A stretch of 64,000 nt of DNA. Origin: Amoeboaphelidium protococcarum X5. Taxonomy: Eukaryota > Fungi > Aphelidiomycota. How positions within the stretch are numbered: position 1 is the stretch's first letter; every line of letters starts with the position of its first letter. Below, in pieces: positions 28,571-41,977 of the stretch. The DNA lies in assembly GCA_023515725.1 (NCBI GenBank), contig JALDTO010000266.1:929042-993041 (forward strand). The letters are read 5' to 3'. The notes under the pieces are model-generated. The model did no database searches. It worked only from the letters and a program-made list of their open reading frames with translations, and had not been told where the DNA came from. The translations under genes and the position numbers were made by a program.

Positions 28571-29695
28571 ATGTTCAAGAATGTAATGTTTATCATAATC
28601 TTTATAACATGTCGATAATTCATCATTGAGTGTAGTTAGTGCCGGCTTCGTTTTATGGAAAGCTGACCCTCATAATCGTGCTTTTACAAGCCATTATCGT
28701 CATAGTCTTAGAATCATATGTGGCCTCGGTCTTTTTACCTAATCAGAGTCAATTTGAGAATACTCCTGCTGTTGGCATCCCAGTTTATTTAATGATATTC
28801 CTTTTCTCTCAAGTGTTCTAGGTTGTTTTGTGTTTTGATGCTGTTTTGCATTAGAATACTATTCAAATTATTGCGTTTGTCATATTTGATGCTCTGGTAT
28901 TTGCCTACTCTCTCTTCCAATACTTTTAGTTGAAAGATGCGCTGGCTTTCGCCTCTGTGAGCACTGTGGTAGGAGAGGACAAGTTTAGTGGAGTGTTGAT
29001 TGCGATTAGTGTAGTCCTTGGTGTGTGTTTAATTGCATTTGTGTACTTGGCGTTCAAGCTGTACTTGGAGTTTGGCTGGAAGATCTACAAAAAGATTGGA
29101 GCCGATCCGCGAATGAAGAAAATGTACAGACTTTACCAGATTTTCTTGGCCATTCTGAAACTGGACTTTTTCTTCTTTCTGGCCTTCTCCATTCAGTTTC
29201 TGGTGCTTGTGCTGAATCCTAATGATCCAGAATACGCGTTAACTATCATTGCTGTGCCGGTCATATTCTTTATGCTAATGTTTGCAGTCTATGGTGTAAG
29301 TATTACGTCTTGATTCTTTTGATTTCTAATGCTATTATCTAATTTATGGTAAACACGTGTAGTTGAGATAAGAGAACAGAATTGTGATGGGTATATTCAT
29401 CGCTGGGTGTATGTGCGCGTGTGCGTACTTTGTATTTAAACTTGTCAGGATGTATACTCCGAGCCAGGAGTTCAAGTATTTGTACTCTAGAAAGTTTTTG
29501 ACTTTCTTTGCTCTGCTTAATCTGTTATTTGTACTGATAACTTTGGTGATCAGTGTTCTATGTCTGCTCAACTTTGACAAGGGATTGAAACAACACATCA
29601 ATAATCAGTCTAGAGGGCGTCAGTCTTAATCAGCTGCATAGGGAGGCTAAGAAATGACACAGACGGGTGGATCTGATGGTAAATAAGTAGTGTGA
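28571..29695 (+). CDS. Fungal-type multi-pass membrane protein (UPF0658-like); two introns
   Basis: QNTIQII, KLYLEFGWKIYKKIGADPRMKKMYRLYQIFLAILKLDFFFF, NFDKGLK. Confidence 0.8.
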
Positions 29696-29765
29696 AATGG
29701 CTGACTTTGCTTAATGAAATGATTTAGATTGTTGATCGGCTTTCTTCTTTTTGTAGATTTCGGAA

Positions 29766-30322
29766 ATGTTGTTTCACTCTATGGCTTTGATAATTGTGTG
29801 GATTTTTGCCGGAATTATATCCCAGGCTTGTGCCCAAGTCAGTAATACTTTACTATGTGGATTAAGAATTACTTCAACTTCGTATCACTACATGTAGACT
29901 ACACTTGCTAATCCGTTAGCAATTTGACATTTTGCCAACACATAAATTATAGCTCATATCTTCCTGCGACGGCTAATTTAACTGCGTTGGACTAGACTGC
30001 AAACTAATCTTTCAGTGCTCTCAAGTTTTCGCTGTACTAATTCAAGTGCTCAGATTCAGAGTCCTCTTTATTCTATAGCCTATTGAAGACATGCGAGGAT
30101 TGCACTGCTGCCTATAAGACTTGGATATGTGCAATAACGTTTCCTCGGTGCTCTGCTTCGTCTAATAACAGTAGCAATCTCTTGAAACCGTGTCAAAATG
30201 TTTGTTTCAACGTTGCGCGGAGTTGTCCGTCGTTCCTCAACTTTGTGTGTCCTACCTACTGGACTATTGACACTGACTACGGCACCCCACCAGATTGTAA
30301 TGACGCAGGCTTAAATAATTGA
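29766..30322 (+). CDS. Small secreted Mid1/NALF-like cysteine-rich protein; one intron
   Basis: Hydrophobic leader; CQSVSNLTFC..INYS; KTCEDCTAAYKTWICAITFPRC; KPCQNVCFNVARSCPSFLNFVCP. Confidence 0.72.
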
Positions 30323-30603
30323 AACAATGGAACAATATATTACTTTGTGCGTTAGATGTGTCTTTAAGTCCTTTATATTTATCTACTCTACACGTTCGTG
30401 GTACACGGGGAGAAATATACGACCTCGGATGACAACGAAGTGTATTTATAGACCATGGCAACCAAGTGGGCACCCTTAGTTACTAGTTAGTAGCGTAGGT
30501 GGGTGGTTCACATTGAATTCTATTCATAAAAATATCTCTGTATTCTGAACTTAATTTGACAAGTATCTCATTACGGCCAAGTGTTATATTCGCGTAATAC
30601 ACC

Positions 30604-32571
30604 ATGGGAATCTATCCAGAGGTTGACAACACTGATGAGGTTAGCAAAACTGTTCCAGACTCCAAGCGTGCTGCCTCTGCCGACTCAAAGTACAAAGGGC
30701 AACCTGGTCCGCAAGATAATCGCTAATGCAGAGACGTATTCTGGCTGATACTGTTCATCTTGTTTTGGTGCGGCATGTTTGTCATTGCGGGTTTGGCAAT
30801 TCAGCAAGGTAACTTGAATCGCTTGCGCTATGGTAACGACACTGAAGGCAATCTATGCGGTGTCAATAATGCTGGAGGCAGGGATCACACTAATGCCCCT
30901 TACTAGTATGTATTTGATCCAACTAATTGGGCTTCATACAGATAGTGCGTGACCCATTGTCCTAATCAAACTTTTACTCCTATTTGTCCGTATGATGTGC
31001 CAGTCCCAACTGCTTTCACCAACATCAACTTGACTGATTTCACTCTGTTAGCACAGTTGTACGCTAATGGAACCTTTGGTAACTGCACGTTCACTTACCG
31101 TACTATCATGGTGCTAAATAGGTGTTTACCTGATGTCAGCGCATTGGTATCGCTGAGCAACATTACCGGAGCTAATGGCACAATAGTTGATCAAGTCACC
31201 TCTACAGGCACGGAGATGTTCAGTGATGTGTACAATTCTTGGAAGATTATTCTGATCTGCTCAGCCATATCGCTAGTAATGTCTTTTATTTGGATGTTTA
31301 TGATGCAATACGCTTCCAAGTTTATGGTCTGGTTCACTGTGATCTTTGTTAATTTTGCTAGCATCGCCTTCACGGCCGTGATCTTTAACTACTGGAATCA
31401 AGTTCGCACTCAGAATGGCACTTTGCTGTCTTATAGCTCGGTCGGTTCTGCTAGTAACAACGAGAAGGTACTACTAGCTATCTCTATTTTAGCGGCGATA
31501 CTGACCTTTGTGCTGGTTATACTGACTATCACACTGAGATCGAGAATCAACTTGGCAATCGCTGTTATCGGAGAGGCAAGCAAAGCTATCAGAAAGATGC
31601 CGTTGATTGTCTTCTTCCCCGTGTTCAAGTATGTCCTGCTGGCTGGCCTTACTGCATGGATTGTGTACGTCTGGGCTTGCTTGGTAACATCCGGGTCCAA
31701 GGTTAGCGGCACAATTGGTGATTAGATCAGTAACAGAACTAGTGTCCAATTTACACCTAATGAGGCGTTCAATTACCTGACCATTTACTATGCTCTGGGA
31801 TACTTTTGGACCTTCAACTTTATAATTGCTATTGCGTAAACCACTATCGCTGGTGCTGTTGCCTCCTGGTACTGGTCGCGTGATAAAGCTAACCTGCCTA
31901 GCGCTGTGATCACGAGAGCTTTTGCGCGAACTATGCGTTATCACTTGGGATCTTTGGCACTGGGCAGTTTGATTATTGCCATAATTGAAACGATTCGTGC
32001 AATCGTGTTCTACTTTCAGTAGCAATTGAGAAAGCAAAAGGCATCCAAAGTTGCTCAGTGCTGTCTGGCCTGTGTCCAGTGTTGCTTGGCATGTTTTGAA
32101 AGATTTATGAAGTTCATCAACAAGAATGCGTACATTGAGATTGCAGTGTATGGATACTCATTTTGTTCTGCTGCCAAGGAGGCATTTGAGCTGTTGGTAC
32201 GTAATGCTATCCGTGTTATTGTAGTCGACCGTGTCTCTGACTTTTTGTTCTTCCTTGGTAAGGTGTTGATCACGGCGGTGGTTGCCATTATTGGTAGTAG
32301 TTTATTGCAGAATCCAGAGCAGCTTCCTGATGGCGAGACTCTCAACATTGGTCGCTTCTGGTCCGTGTCTCTGCTGATTATCATCATACTGAGTTATGTC
32401 ATTGCATCTTCTTTCATGGCGGTGTATGAAATGGCTATTGACACTGTGTTCTTGTGTTTCTGTGAAGATTCAGAGAGAAATGATGGCTCTGCATAAAAGC
32501 CTTATTACATGGAAGAGTCTCTGCGCAAGTTTGTAGACGATGCTAACAAGAAGGCTGCACCAAAGGTTTGA
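30604..32571 (+). CDS. Choline transporter-like protein (CTL/SLC44/PNS1 family)
   Basis: RQCRDVFWL, YGNDTEGNLCG, AGAVASWYW, RYHLGSLALGSLI, KFINKNAYIEIAVYGYSFC, AIDTVFLCFCEDSERNDGS. Confidence 0.93.
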
Positions 32572-32661
32572 AATTGATCAGTGAATGAATGAAAAGTGAT
32601 CCGGAAGGTTTAATGTGATGTAATAAAGAAAGTAAAGTCATGATATCCTCTTTATATTTTA

Positions 32662-33384
32662 TCACTTTGTCAACGCGTTTATGAGAGATGTGCCATATAC
32701 TTACAGCATCTTTTAACTTTAATCACTAGTCGCCTCCAACCTCTGAGCTGTATCAAGCGCTCGCCGAATAAACAACAAAACTTCCTCATATTCGTCATCG
32801 CTATCATTGACACCGACAGATTGGCTTTAAATATTCGCAAACATCGTGTCAGCACTAGCGTATATAGTGCTAGTAGCCAGCCGTCGAGTGTACCAGCGAG
32901 TATTGAACGAATCGTCACCAGAAATGTGACAGAGGTGAGTACTGAGATCATGAAGTTGTTGAGATCCAAATACGAAATTACTCGGTCGCGTCAAGATATT
33001 CAAAGCATCCGTCCATCGCGGTAATACATCTCTTTGTATCACTATACGCTAATATATAGCCTATTCCAGATTAAGGTAAAATTTGTCAGACTTCTGCACT
33101 GTATTCCATTTCTGATTAAACTTTTCATTACATTGCTCTGTGGCAAAACTGATTAGACTCAATTCCCCTTTAGGTGCAACTCCGGCGACGATGGAAGGTA
33201 AACCATTCATTTTAGCAGCTTCAGCCAATGCTAAACGCGACCATCCATACTACGGGACTAATTTAATGGCTTGTGATAATATGCGATTCCTCAACTCTTA
33301 CATCTGATTTTGGATGTTAACAAATGGTACACTTTATGTTTGAATAAGAAGCTGAGAAAGCGAAATCAAGTCGAGAGAAAACAT
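32662..33384 (-). CDS. COQ9: Ubiquinone biosynthesis protein COQ9
   Basis: ILSQAIKLVPQYGWS, WTDALNILTRPSN, ISGDDSFNTRWYTRRL..IYAS. Confidence 0.8.
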
Positions 33385-33588
33385 GATAAGTCTTGTATCA
33401 GTGATGTATTTTGATATTAACGCCAATTCCATACAGAAGTGGTAAATCACACCCATTACAATGTGCTAATAATCTTGTATTTGGCTTGAGCAGTCTGAAG
33501 CAAATGTACCAGATCAGAACAAATTTCAGACGCAAACCAATATAAATGTTAAAGCGGCCAGTCACTAATCGGAAATCCAATAACTCAT

Positions 33589-35490
33589 TCAGAATCTGGA
33601 CCAGATTTAAATCTTGTTCTCGCGACATGCCTGGATAATCTTTGGGAGGATAGTCGCCACTGTAATTTGACCATGTTGTTGAGCCGCGTAAAGCATACAC
33701 TCAACAAAGGAACGCGAATAGTCATCTAGTTGTACAACATTACCTTTATAAGGGCGCTTTTCATAGGCAGATGATATTTTCACACCAGATCCTCTTTTTA
33801 AATCCTCAATGAAATCAAAAGCCTGTTTGGACACCTTAGATTAAAATTGAGTTCTCCTAAAATCTTCATAGACTGCGATAGGCACATGGAGTACAATCTT
33901 CCCTAGTTCGATCAGCTCACGAATACGAGGTAAGTCACCAAACATCTCTTTACTTATCACCACTTGCGTGCACTACTCTTATAAATCATCAATCTTGAAA
34001 TCCTAGTTCATCTACTGAATCGAGGTTTGTAGTAGACGCAAAGCTGCTGCAGTGCTCTGCTAATTAATAGCTTGCCTCTAGGACTCACTATCAGCGGATG
34101 CCTGAGTGGCGGAAGGCTTCAACTACTAGCTAACAGAAGAACTTGAAACATCTCCCAATAACTTCGTACTAATTTTGGATCCTTGCACCCGAGATAATGA
34201 TGCAGATGCAGTTTCTGCAGGCTAAGGCTAAAATGGAGCAGCACTAATATTCAAAGCGCTTTTCTACAAAGCGTCATTGAACACCGCTATTCTCTAACTC
34301 AATAAATTGATAGCTTATTAATACTACTCCACCTGATAAGACAATTGCAACTCTAAAAATTCAACGCCATCCAAAATCTATAATAACGAAGAATCTTTGC
34401 TAAAATAGACACTTTAAAAATCGAAATCCAATAAAGCACCGCAGAACTGACTCAATTGCCGCTTAAAGTACTCGCGATCGGCCATAGCCAAAGCTGCAAT
34501 GTACTCCAATATCTTTTCGGCAATTCTAACGTTATCATTTAACCATGTAAGAATTAGCACTAGCTAAAATGATTATTCAATATTCTTATTCTGCTTGATG
34601 AAATGTTGAATTGTAGTGATGAGAGTGGTAAAGTTCCAAATCAATTGCCATTTAATCTTACCATCAGCCTCTTGATCAACCGCAGCATTATCCGCATTAT
34701 TAGCACCAATCTAAGATTGCTCACCAACACCAGCAATCTTATCCCAGACAGTCTTCACGGCAAAAGCTAATGCAATCAACAATTTTTCAATCTAATCAGA
34801 GTTGAAAGATTACTACGGAACACCAAGCAGCAGAGACTCGTATGATTGTAATAGCGAATGATCATCATATCCAGTGAACATTAACGATTGAAATAATAAC
34901 GCAAACACGTCAACTACAGAGTTCATATTAGACAAGGCGTACTTTTAATACGATTGCAGAAACTTTTATAGATTAGACATTGCGTCAGAAGCTGGTTACT
35001 TCTTACTGATGGCAACGCATGAATAGAATATAACATCCAATATAGTTGATCTGTTAACATCTTCAGCTTTAATACCTTTGACACTTTTACCATCTTTATC
35101 ACTGCGCGATTACTTCAATTATAATTACTAATGATGAGCAGTTATGATGGTGAATAGAGTCATTGCCATTCTGGAACAGGCCAGCGAAAATATTGGATAC
35201 GTCTAAGCGGCCTTCTAGTAAAAACTAAATGCATCTTCATTCCTTCCAGCATATCTATACACGTCTCCGATATAGTTCAAGACTTGATACACGTCTACAC
35301 CAGACTGCGGATCAATTGCACTTTCACAAAGGGCCAGGTTTAGATACGCCATCAATTCCCATAGCAGATTCCATCTCTCGCCATCCTTAAGCTGATGCTG
35401 CTATGATTGAGCACCCTTCTTACTAAGATTCAACCTTTTGTAATACTTCATAAATGTCATTTTCACTTGATCACGACCATACTGCGTCAT
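33589..35490 (-). CDS. EST1/SMG5-6-7 family protein: TPR/14-3-3-like N-terminus and degenerate C-terminal PIN-like domain
   Basis: YIGDVYRY..AFSFYQKAAQTYP; C-terminal VVISKEMF..IRELIE..LHVPIAVYEDF..KQAFDFIE. Confidence 0.6.
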
Positions 35491-36078
35491 GACACAAACA
35501 CACACACAATGCTTTTCTCCAAAGCGCGACTGGCAAAGAAGAACTTTTCGCCTTTCGTTCAAGATGAAAAATAGAAAGACCCGGCGGAATTTTTTCGCTT
35601 TCTGATCATCGTCGCGGAAATCGCAATCCGTGGCTCTCTCTGTAAAGAGTCTATACAAATGAAACAAGTTTTCCCGTAAAAATATATCACGCGTTTCTTA
35701 TTCATCTACTTTTTGTAAATAGAAATTGGAATAAAGTATCTTTATAATATCAGCCTTTTCAAGCCAGTCCAAATGTCTTCATAATGAACGCATCTGTCAA
35801 TCATATCAGCAGCCATGAAAATGATGATCGCCCCCGTTTGAACAAATCGTATTCATCGTTTTGGTTCGTTCGTTCGATCGTTGTTGTTCGTTCACGATTC
35901 AACTCTTATCGCGAAGACTCTTTAACAGTCAGTCACATATACACACACGCGGACGCTGTATTCATCGCCATCTCATACTGGTGATCATTAAAAGGTAAAT
36001 CTTGTTCGCTGTTCATTCCCTCTCTTATTGCATATTCATATTAACGTCCCGCTTTTGTGTATATCTATTGTTGATGAA

Positions 36079-37669
36079 ATGGTAGTTCTATTAAAGTCTG
36101 ATAGTAACCCACCGTAACAATCACTGTAATAGTAGCGACGCTCGCAACAAGATATGGAGAGATTGATAGTGATAAGTAATAGACTGCCAGTGTCCATGTC
36201 TAGGAATGCAGATGGCGAGTGGCAGTACAAAATGTCTAGCGGAGGTCTAGTTAGTGCATTGAGTGGTCTGAAGAAGGAGATGTCTTTCACTTGGATCGGC
36301 TGGCCTGGCGTTGAGATTCCAGAGGAAGAGCGTGAGGGTGTGCGCAAGTCTTTAATGGTATGTTTATTGCTCCGTACTCAGGTCGATTGAGTTGTTAATT
36401 AATCGCTGTTTTATTGTGAATTTGTAGGAGTAATATAATTGTTTGCCAGTGTTCATCAGCGATGATGTCGCCGAGTTGTATTATAATGGGTTCAGTAATA
36501 GTATTCTGTGGCCGCTGTTCCATTACCTACCTGGTGAGATCAATTTTAATGAAGATTACTGGCTTGCGTATAATGAAGCTAATCAGCTATTTAACGAAGC
36601 GGTAGGTGAGATTATTCAGGATAATGATATTGTATGGGTACAGGATTATCATCTGATGCTACTGCCTTCCCTGATTCGTGAGAGTAATCCGGGTAAGAAG
36701 ATCAAGATTGGATGGTTCTTACACACCCCGTTCCCTTCTAGTGAGATTTATCGTATCTTGCCGGTGAGGAAGGAGATTCTGTTGGGTGTGTTGAAGAGTG
36801 ATCTGCTTGGTTTTCATACCTATGATTATGCACGTCATTTTCTGAGTAGCTGTACTAGAATCTTGGATCTGCCAACTGTTCCGAATGGAGTAGAGTTTGA
36901 TGGTAGACATGTGCACGTGGGCACCTACCCGATTGGCATTGATCCCGAGAAGTTTACCAACGGGCTCAAGGATTCCAAGATTATTGATAGAATTGAAAAG
37001 TTGCGCGGTAAGTTCCAAGGATTGAAGGTGCTGGTCGGCGTTGATAGATTAGATTACATCAAGGGAGTGCCGTAGAAGTTGCATGCGCTAGAGGTTTTTC
37101 TGCAGAATCATAAGGAGTTCTAGGATAAGGTTGTGCTGGTGCAAGTTGCCGTTCCATCTAGAACCGATGTGCCAGAGTACAAGAATCTGTCTGCTAATGT
37201 TAATGAATTAGTTGGCAGAATCAACGGCAAGTATGGTAGCATTGATTTTATGCCAATTCACTTTATGAATAAGAGTGTAAACTTTGAAGAGTTGGTGGCG
37301 CTGTACACTATTGCTGATGCTTGTCTGGTGTCATCTACGCGTGACGGTATGAATTTGGTATCGTATGAGTACATCACTTGTTAGAGAGATAATCATGGCG
37401 TGCTAGTGCTTAGTGAATTTGCCGGCGCCGCTCAAAGTCTTAACGGCTCCATAATTGTAAATCCATGGAATACTGAGGAATTGGCCGAGTCTATTCACAA
37501 GGCGCTGACAATGTCTGAAGAGGATAAGAAGAGAAATCACGAGAAGTTGTTCAAGTATGTGAACAAGCACACTGCCGCCTATTGGGGTCTATCCTTTGTC
37601 AATGAGCTCAAGAAGGTGTCGTCAGCAATACCAACCATCACGAGAACTTTATCAAATGATAAATTATGA
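36079..37669 (+). CDS. TPS1: Trehalose-6-phosphate synthase; one intron
   Basis: RLIVISNRLP, SSGGLVSAL, YYNGFSNSILWPLFHY, FLHTPFPSSE, GVDRLDYIKGVPQK, RDGMNLV, SEFAGAAQSL. Confidence 0.97.
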
Positions 37670-37758
37670 AATATTTAGTTTATTGACACCTATTTCGATT
37701 TTAAGTTCATCCTTATTGGAACTTTCAAGTCAATTTTAGAATAGAATTTTGATGTAAA

Positions 37759-39279
37759 TCAGAACAGAGTTGGATTATCAATGACTGCGAAGCCAGCAGC
37801 AACACCTCCCTCGTTGGAGTCTGATGCTTTGGTGCGAAGTAAATGACCCCCAGCCTGGTTTAGATGAATTTTATAATCAGCACCTCCTGACTTTATAAAG
37901 ATTCCATATACTCCCAACTCGCACGCAACATCACGCTCCACCAACTCTCCATCTTTCAGCAATACATTTCTGTACAGTGGTGGTTGGATCATTTGCATCA
38001 ATATGTAGCCACTGCGTTCACTCCTGGACATTCTGGCAAGTTGAGTCTTTACATCTGGGCCATAAAAATTGTTTCCACCACCTTCTAGCTGGGGTTTAAG
38101 AACAAACTGCTAATCACTCCTTGAATTCAAAGCCATCTAAGCATTTCTATCACCATCTTCGTCCGCATCAAGTGAGTAAATACCAGTAAAGCATCGTCGT
38201 AACTGATCAATCTCTTTTACTGAGTGGACACCGTTCTAATTTGTATCTGCTGATTACGAAGAAGCTAGAAATCTTTCGAGAACACCAGGCTGTGCAAGTA
38301 CTTGTTACACCTTCTTGGCACCAACCAAGTGATACGCAATATTAGGACACTTGATCGCCATACTCTTTTCAATCTGGAGTCTGACATTCCACTCCTTGTC
38401 AGTGGGATAATCTTGAGGTACATAACCGGCTCTGTAATAAACAACGGCACATTCTATACCATCCACCAACAATGTGTTAGACTTGGAGTCCACCTGACAT
38501 TGCTTAATCAGCTCTGAGAAAGTACGCCGCAAAACTTTAATGTGATGCACCTCCATCAGCTGATACTCAATCCACCGCTGATCAAAAATATTCCTCTCAT
38601 TTGGTTGTACCACAAACAGAACGGCAGCCTTGGAATTCTTATACAATTAATGAGCCATAGCCAGGCCAGCAGCGACAGACTCTAAAGATAAGTTGCGCGG
38701 CATTGAAGATGCATAAATGTTCATTGTGCTCACGTCTTGATCATTAAAGTAGCCAGTACGATGCGCCAGGTATTAGTGCAAGTCCCTGGTCAGACTGGAC
38801 AATGACGAGAATGAGGACGCTATAGTATTCAATTCCACCTGCTAAACAATAGGCGAAGAATCAGACGCGCTTATCTAATGCAACATATAATCTGAGCGGT
38901 GAATTCCAATTCTTACAGTTTACGTATGAGATTATACACCTTGTTGAAGATCATAACATTCATTATAAATCTGAAACAGCTTGGCTTGGAACGGATCAGC
39001 CAAAGCTAGTTTTGAGAAGATTCCACACAGAAACTCATGGTCCTAACTGATAACATCCACCAACTTGTTCCACAATGGCTGTACTTCATATGCATAATCA
39101 AAGGCAGACTGTGGGAATGGAGAGGGCAGTAGTGATATGGGTGCATGTTGTATACTCTTCAGATCCTTGTTCTTCATGACCAAACCATGAGACAGTGCAT
39201 AATCCACAGCATGCTCTTTTAACTCTTTCAATTACAACTCAGTCAAAGTAGGCGGCCAATTACCATAGACTTTATTCAT
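37759..39279 (-). CDS. GSS: Glutathione synthetase
   Basis: HAPISLLPS, GIHRSDYM, QVELNTIASSF, ERNIFDQ, YYRAGY, KPQLEGGGNN, ELGVYG, EGGVAAGF. Confidence 0.95.
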
Positions 39280-39702
39280 ATTATTCCCCACACAATCTCT
39301 GCTTAAAACTTTTCAAATAAAATGAACCAAAAGGCTGTAGCAATAGTTGGAACCTTTCAAATCAAATAGGTCAAATATGGAATAAAGAAGAAACAGAAGC
39401 GAAAATTCACTGTCCAGAAAACAAGTTGTGTTTCAATGAATGATCACGTCAATAACATTATCTGGTATAAAGATCATAATATTAACATTCAAAAGAAATC
39501 AATCAATCAATCAACACTGAAATTCTCCGAATGACAGAGGAAACAACGCGTTTCAAGAATATTATTATCCATGAGTGAATGAGTGAGTGATTGACAAGGC
39601 ATTTACAGTAATCATCAACGCTAAGCAACTTGATGATCGATTCTGTGCACGTTCGTAAAGAAAGAGCGCGCTTCTTCAATCATTCATTCCCTCGTTTCGT
39701 TC

Positions 39703-39843
39703 TTTCGTTCGTTCGTTCTTTCGTTCGTTCGTTCGTTCGTTCGTTCGTTCGTTCGTTCGTTCGTTCGTTCGTTCGTTCGTTCGTTCGTTCGTTCGTTCGT
39801 TTGTTCGTTTGTTCGTTTGTTCGTTCGTTCGTTCGTTCGTTCG
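39703..39843. repeat. (TTCG)n tetranucleotide microsatellite, ~140 bp
   Basis: Direct reading, with a few TTTG variants. Confidence 0.95.
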
Positions 39844-40026
39844 GTGAAACACGTCGATTTCTTCTTCCTTTGAAGATCGCTTTGAGGCGTTTCCATTAAT
39901 GGTGTCGTCTTCATTCATTCATTCTTTCTTTTGCTGTATTTTTGGGAGGAAAATAGACTTTTATCTGAAATATTTATTCCCTCTTTTTTTTCTAGAAGAA
40001 TTAACTTTCATTCCCAGTATAAATTA

Positions 40027-41607
40027 ATGTCAAGTAGAAAAGTGTCCAAAGCTGTCGAAAAGTTCAATGTTGTCCAGGATCCTCTTAGTGATGAGGGGTT
40101 GGCCAATTTGAAGTTGTACAAGTACTCAAGTATGGATCTGTCACCTATAAGTAAGCACATTCTGCAACCATACTGGTCTTGGTGTGTAAACTTGTTCCCT
40201 TTGTGGATGGCACCTAATCTGATCACTCTGCTCGGTCTGTGTTTTGTTATTAGCAATGTGATTCTAATCTGGATTCTGAACCCGGACATGGATGTGAACA
40301 GTTAGGCACCTCGTTGGTTATGCTTCACCTCTGCCATCGGGCTATGGCTATACTCCACTTTTGACAATGTAGATGGTAAGCAGGCGCGTAGAACCAATTC
40401 AAGTTCTCCTCTGGGTGAACTGTTCGATCATGGCTGCGATGCGTTGAATTGCTCTCTGGGCGCCATATTGTAGATCTCTGCCATGGGATTTGGACATACG
40501 TGGACTGCTACGCTGATCCCCGCTATGGCTGTCGCGGCCTTCTACTTTTCAACTTGGGAAGAGTTCTATACCGGCACCCTTTGTCTTGGGTACATTAATG
40601 GGCCTACTGAGGGATTGATTATTGCTTGCGGACTGATGTTGATGTCTGGTGTCTATGGACCTGGTATCTGGCTTACACCTCTGGCCAAGTACGTATCTCC
40701 ATCTGTGTTGGCAAAGGTTAGTTTCACCATCCCAGTGTTGAACAAGACTCTGCTCACAATGACTCTGACGGATTGTCTGGCTGTTGGAATGGTTTCCCTG
40801 CTCATCTTCACCTAGATCCCATTCAGTGTGTACAATGTGTACAGGGCCATTACGGTTAAGGGCGCATTTACTCAGTACACTACGGAGCGTCATTACACGG
40901 CAAAGAGGAGTGAGGCGAATATGCTGCTCTTTAGAGCACTGCTTCAGTTGACCCCTATATTTGCCTACTTTGGATTGGCATTCGCATGGTTGAATGGTTA
41001 AGACTCTTGGATACTGTGGCGTATGGCTGGAAGTCGCGTAATTATTAACGCTGGTGGAATTGGAGGTGGCCACCTGATTGTATTCATCCTGACTCTTGGC
41101 CTGGTGTTTGGTAGAATCGCCACCAAGATTATTCTGGCCTATGTCACCAGATCCCAATTCCAGATGTTCACCTTTATGATGGCACCTCTGGCTGTTGGCG
41201 CAGCATTGGCCAATTCTAGGAGATTATTTGGCTAGTCAGTGTTTACTCATGAACGTGAGCTTTTGTATTTGCAATGTTATTTTCTATTTTGCCTGGTTGC
41301 CTATTTGAGATGGGCACTGATTGTGATTAATCGATTCTGTGCCACTCTGGGAATCAAGTGCCTCACTATTCCGTATGCTCAGAGTTCTCCTGTACGCGGT
41401 AGATCTATAGCGGCAAGTAATTCCTCTCGCAGAAAGGAGTCAGTAGATACGTCATCACGTACGCAGGCATTATAGTAAGAGGATGGTTCAATTTTGAACG
41501 ATGAAACACCAAAGGCGAGCAAAAGTGGAAAGGGACGCGCTCGCAGCAGCTCAAAGACCAGAACGCCGTCTGTAGCCAGGAAATCAGTCAAAAGTAAAGC
41601 TAATTGA
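40027..41607 (+). CDS. Choline/ethanolamine phosphotransferase (CPT1/EPT1 family)
   Basis: [59 protein letters not shown]. Confidence 0.94.
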
Positions 41608-41977
41608 ATTTACTGAGTCTGACTCTTTGAATTCTGTGAGCTTAATAAATATTGAAACAATTATGCATATCCTATATTAAATATCTCCTAATTTTGTTGT
41701 TGCAATCTCTAACCAGGCAGCCATCTCTTAATATCGGCGTCGGGATCATTAAGGTTGCCGAAACCCGTTCGCTTTGTGAAAACCTTGAAAAAATGTTAAA
41801 GATCTACAACGGCTCTCCTCGCATTAATTTCATCCGTTTATTAAGGTGTAGAGAAGAATCGCGATAGTTTCTATTGTAGATTCTATTCGCTCGCTTTAGT
41901 AAAATACTAGCTTCTTTAACTGATAATTGGTACTTGCATTATTCTGTTGGGTATTTGACATATATAGTTAGTGAGTT

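Noticed and set aside
39630-39918. ORFs with RSFV/NERT repeats; possible CRISPR-like array
   Set aside because: These are translations of a simple (TTCG)n microsatellite with no spacers.
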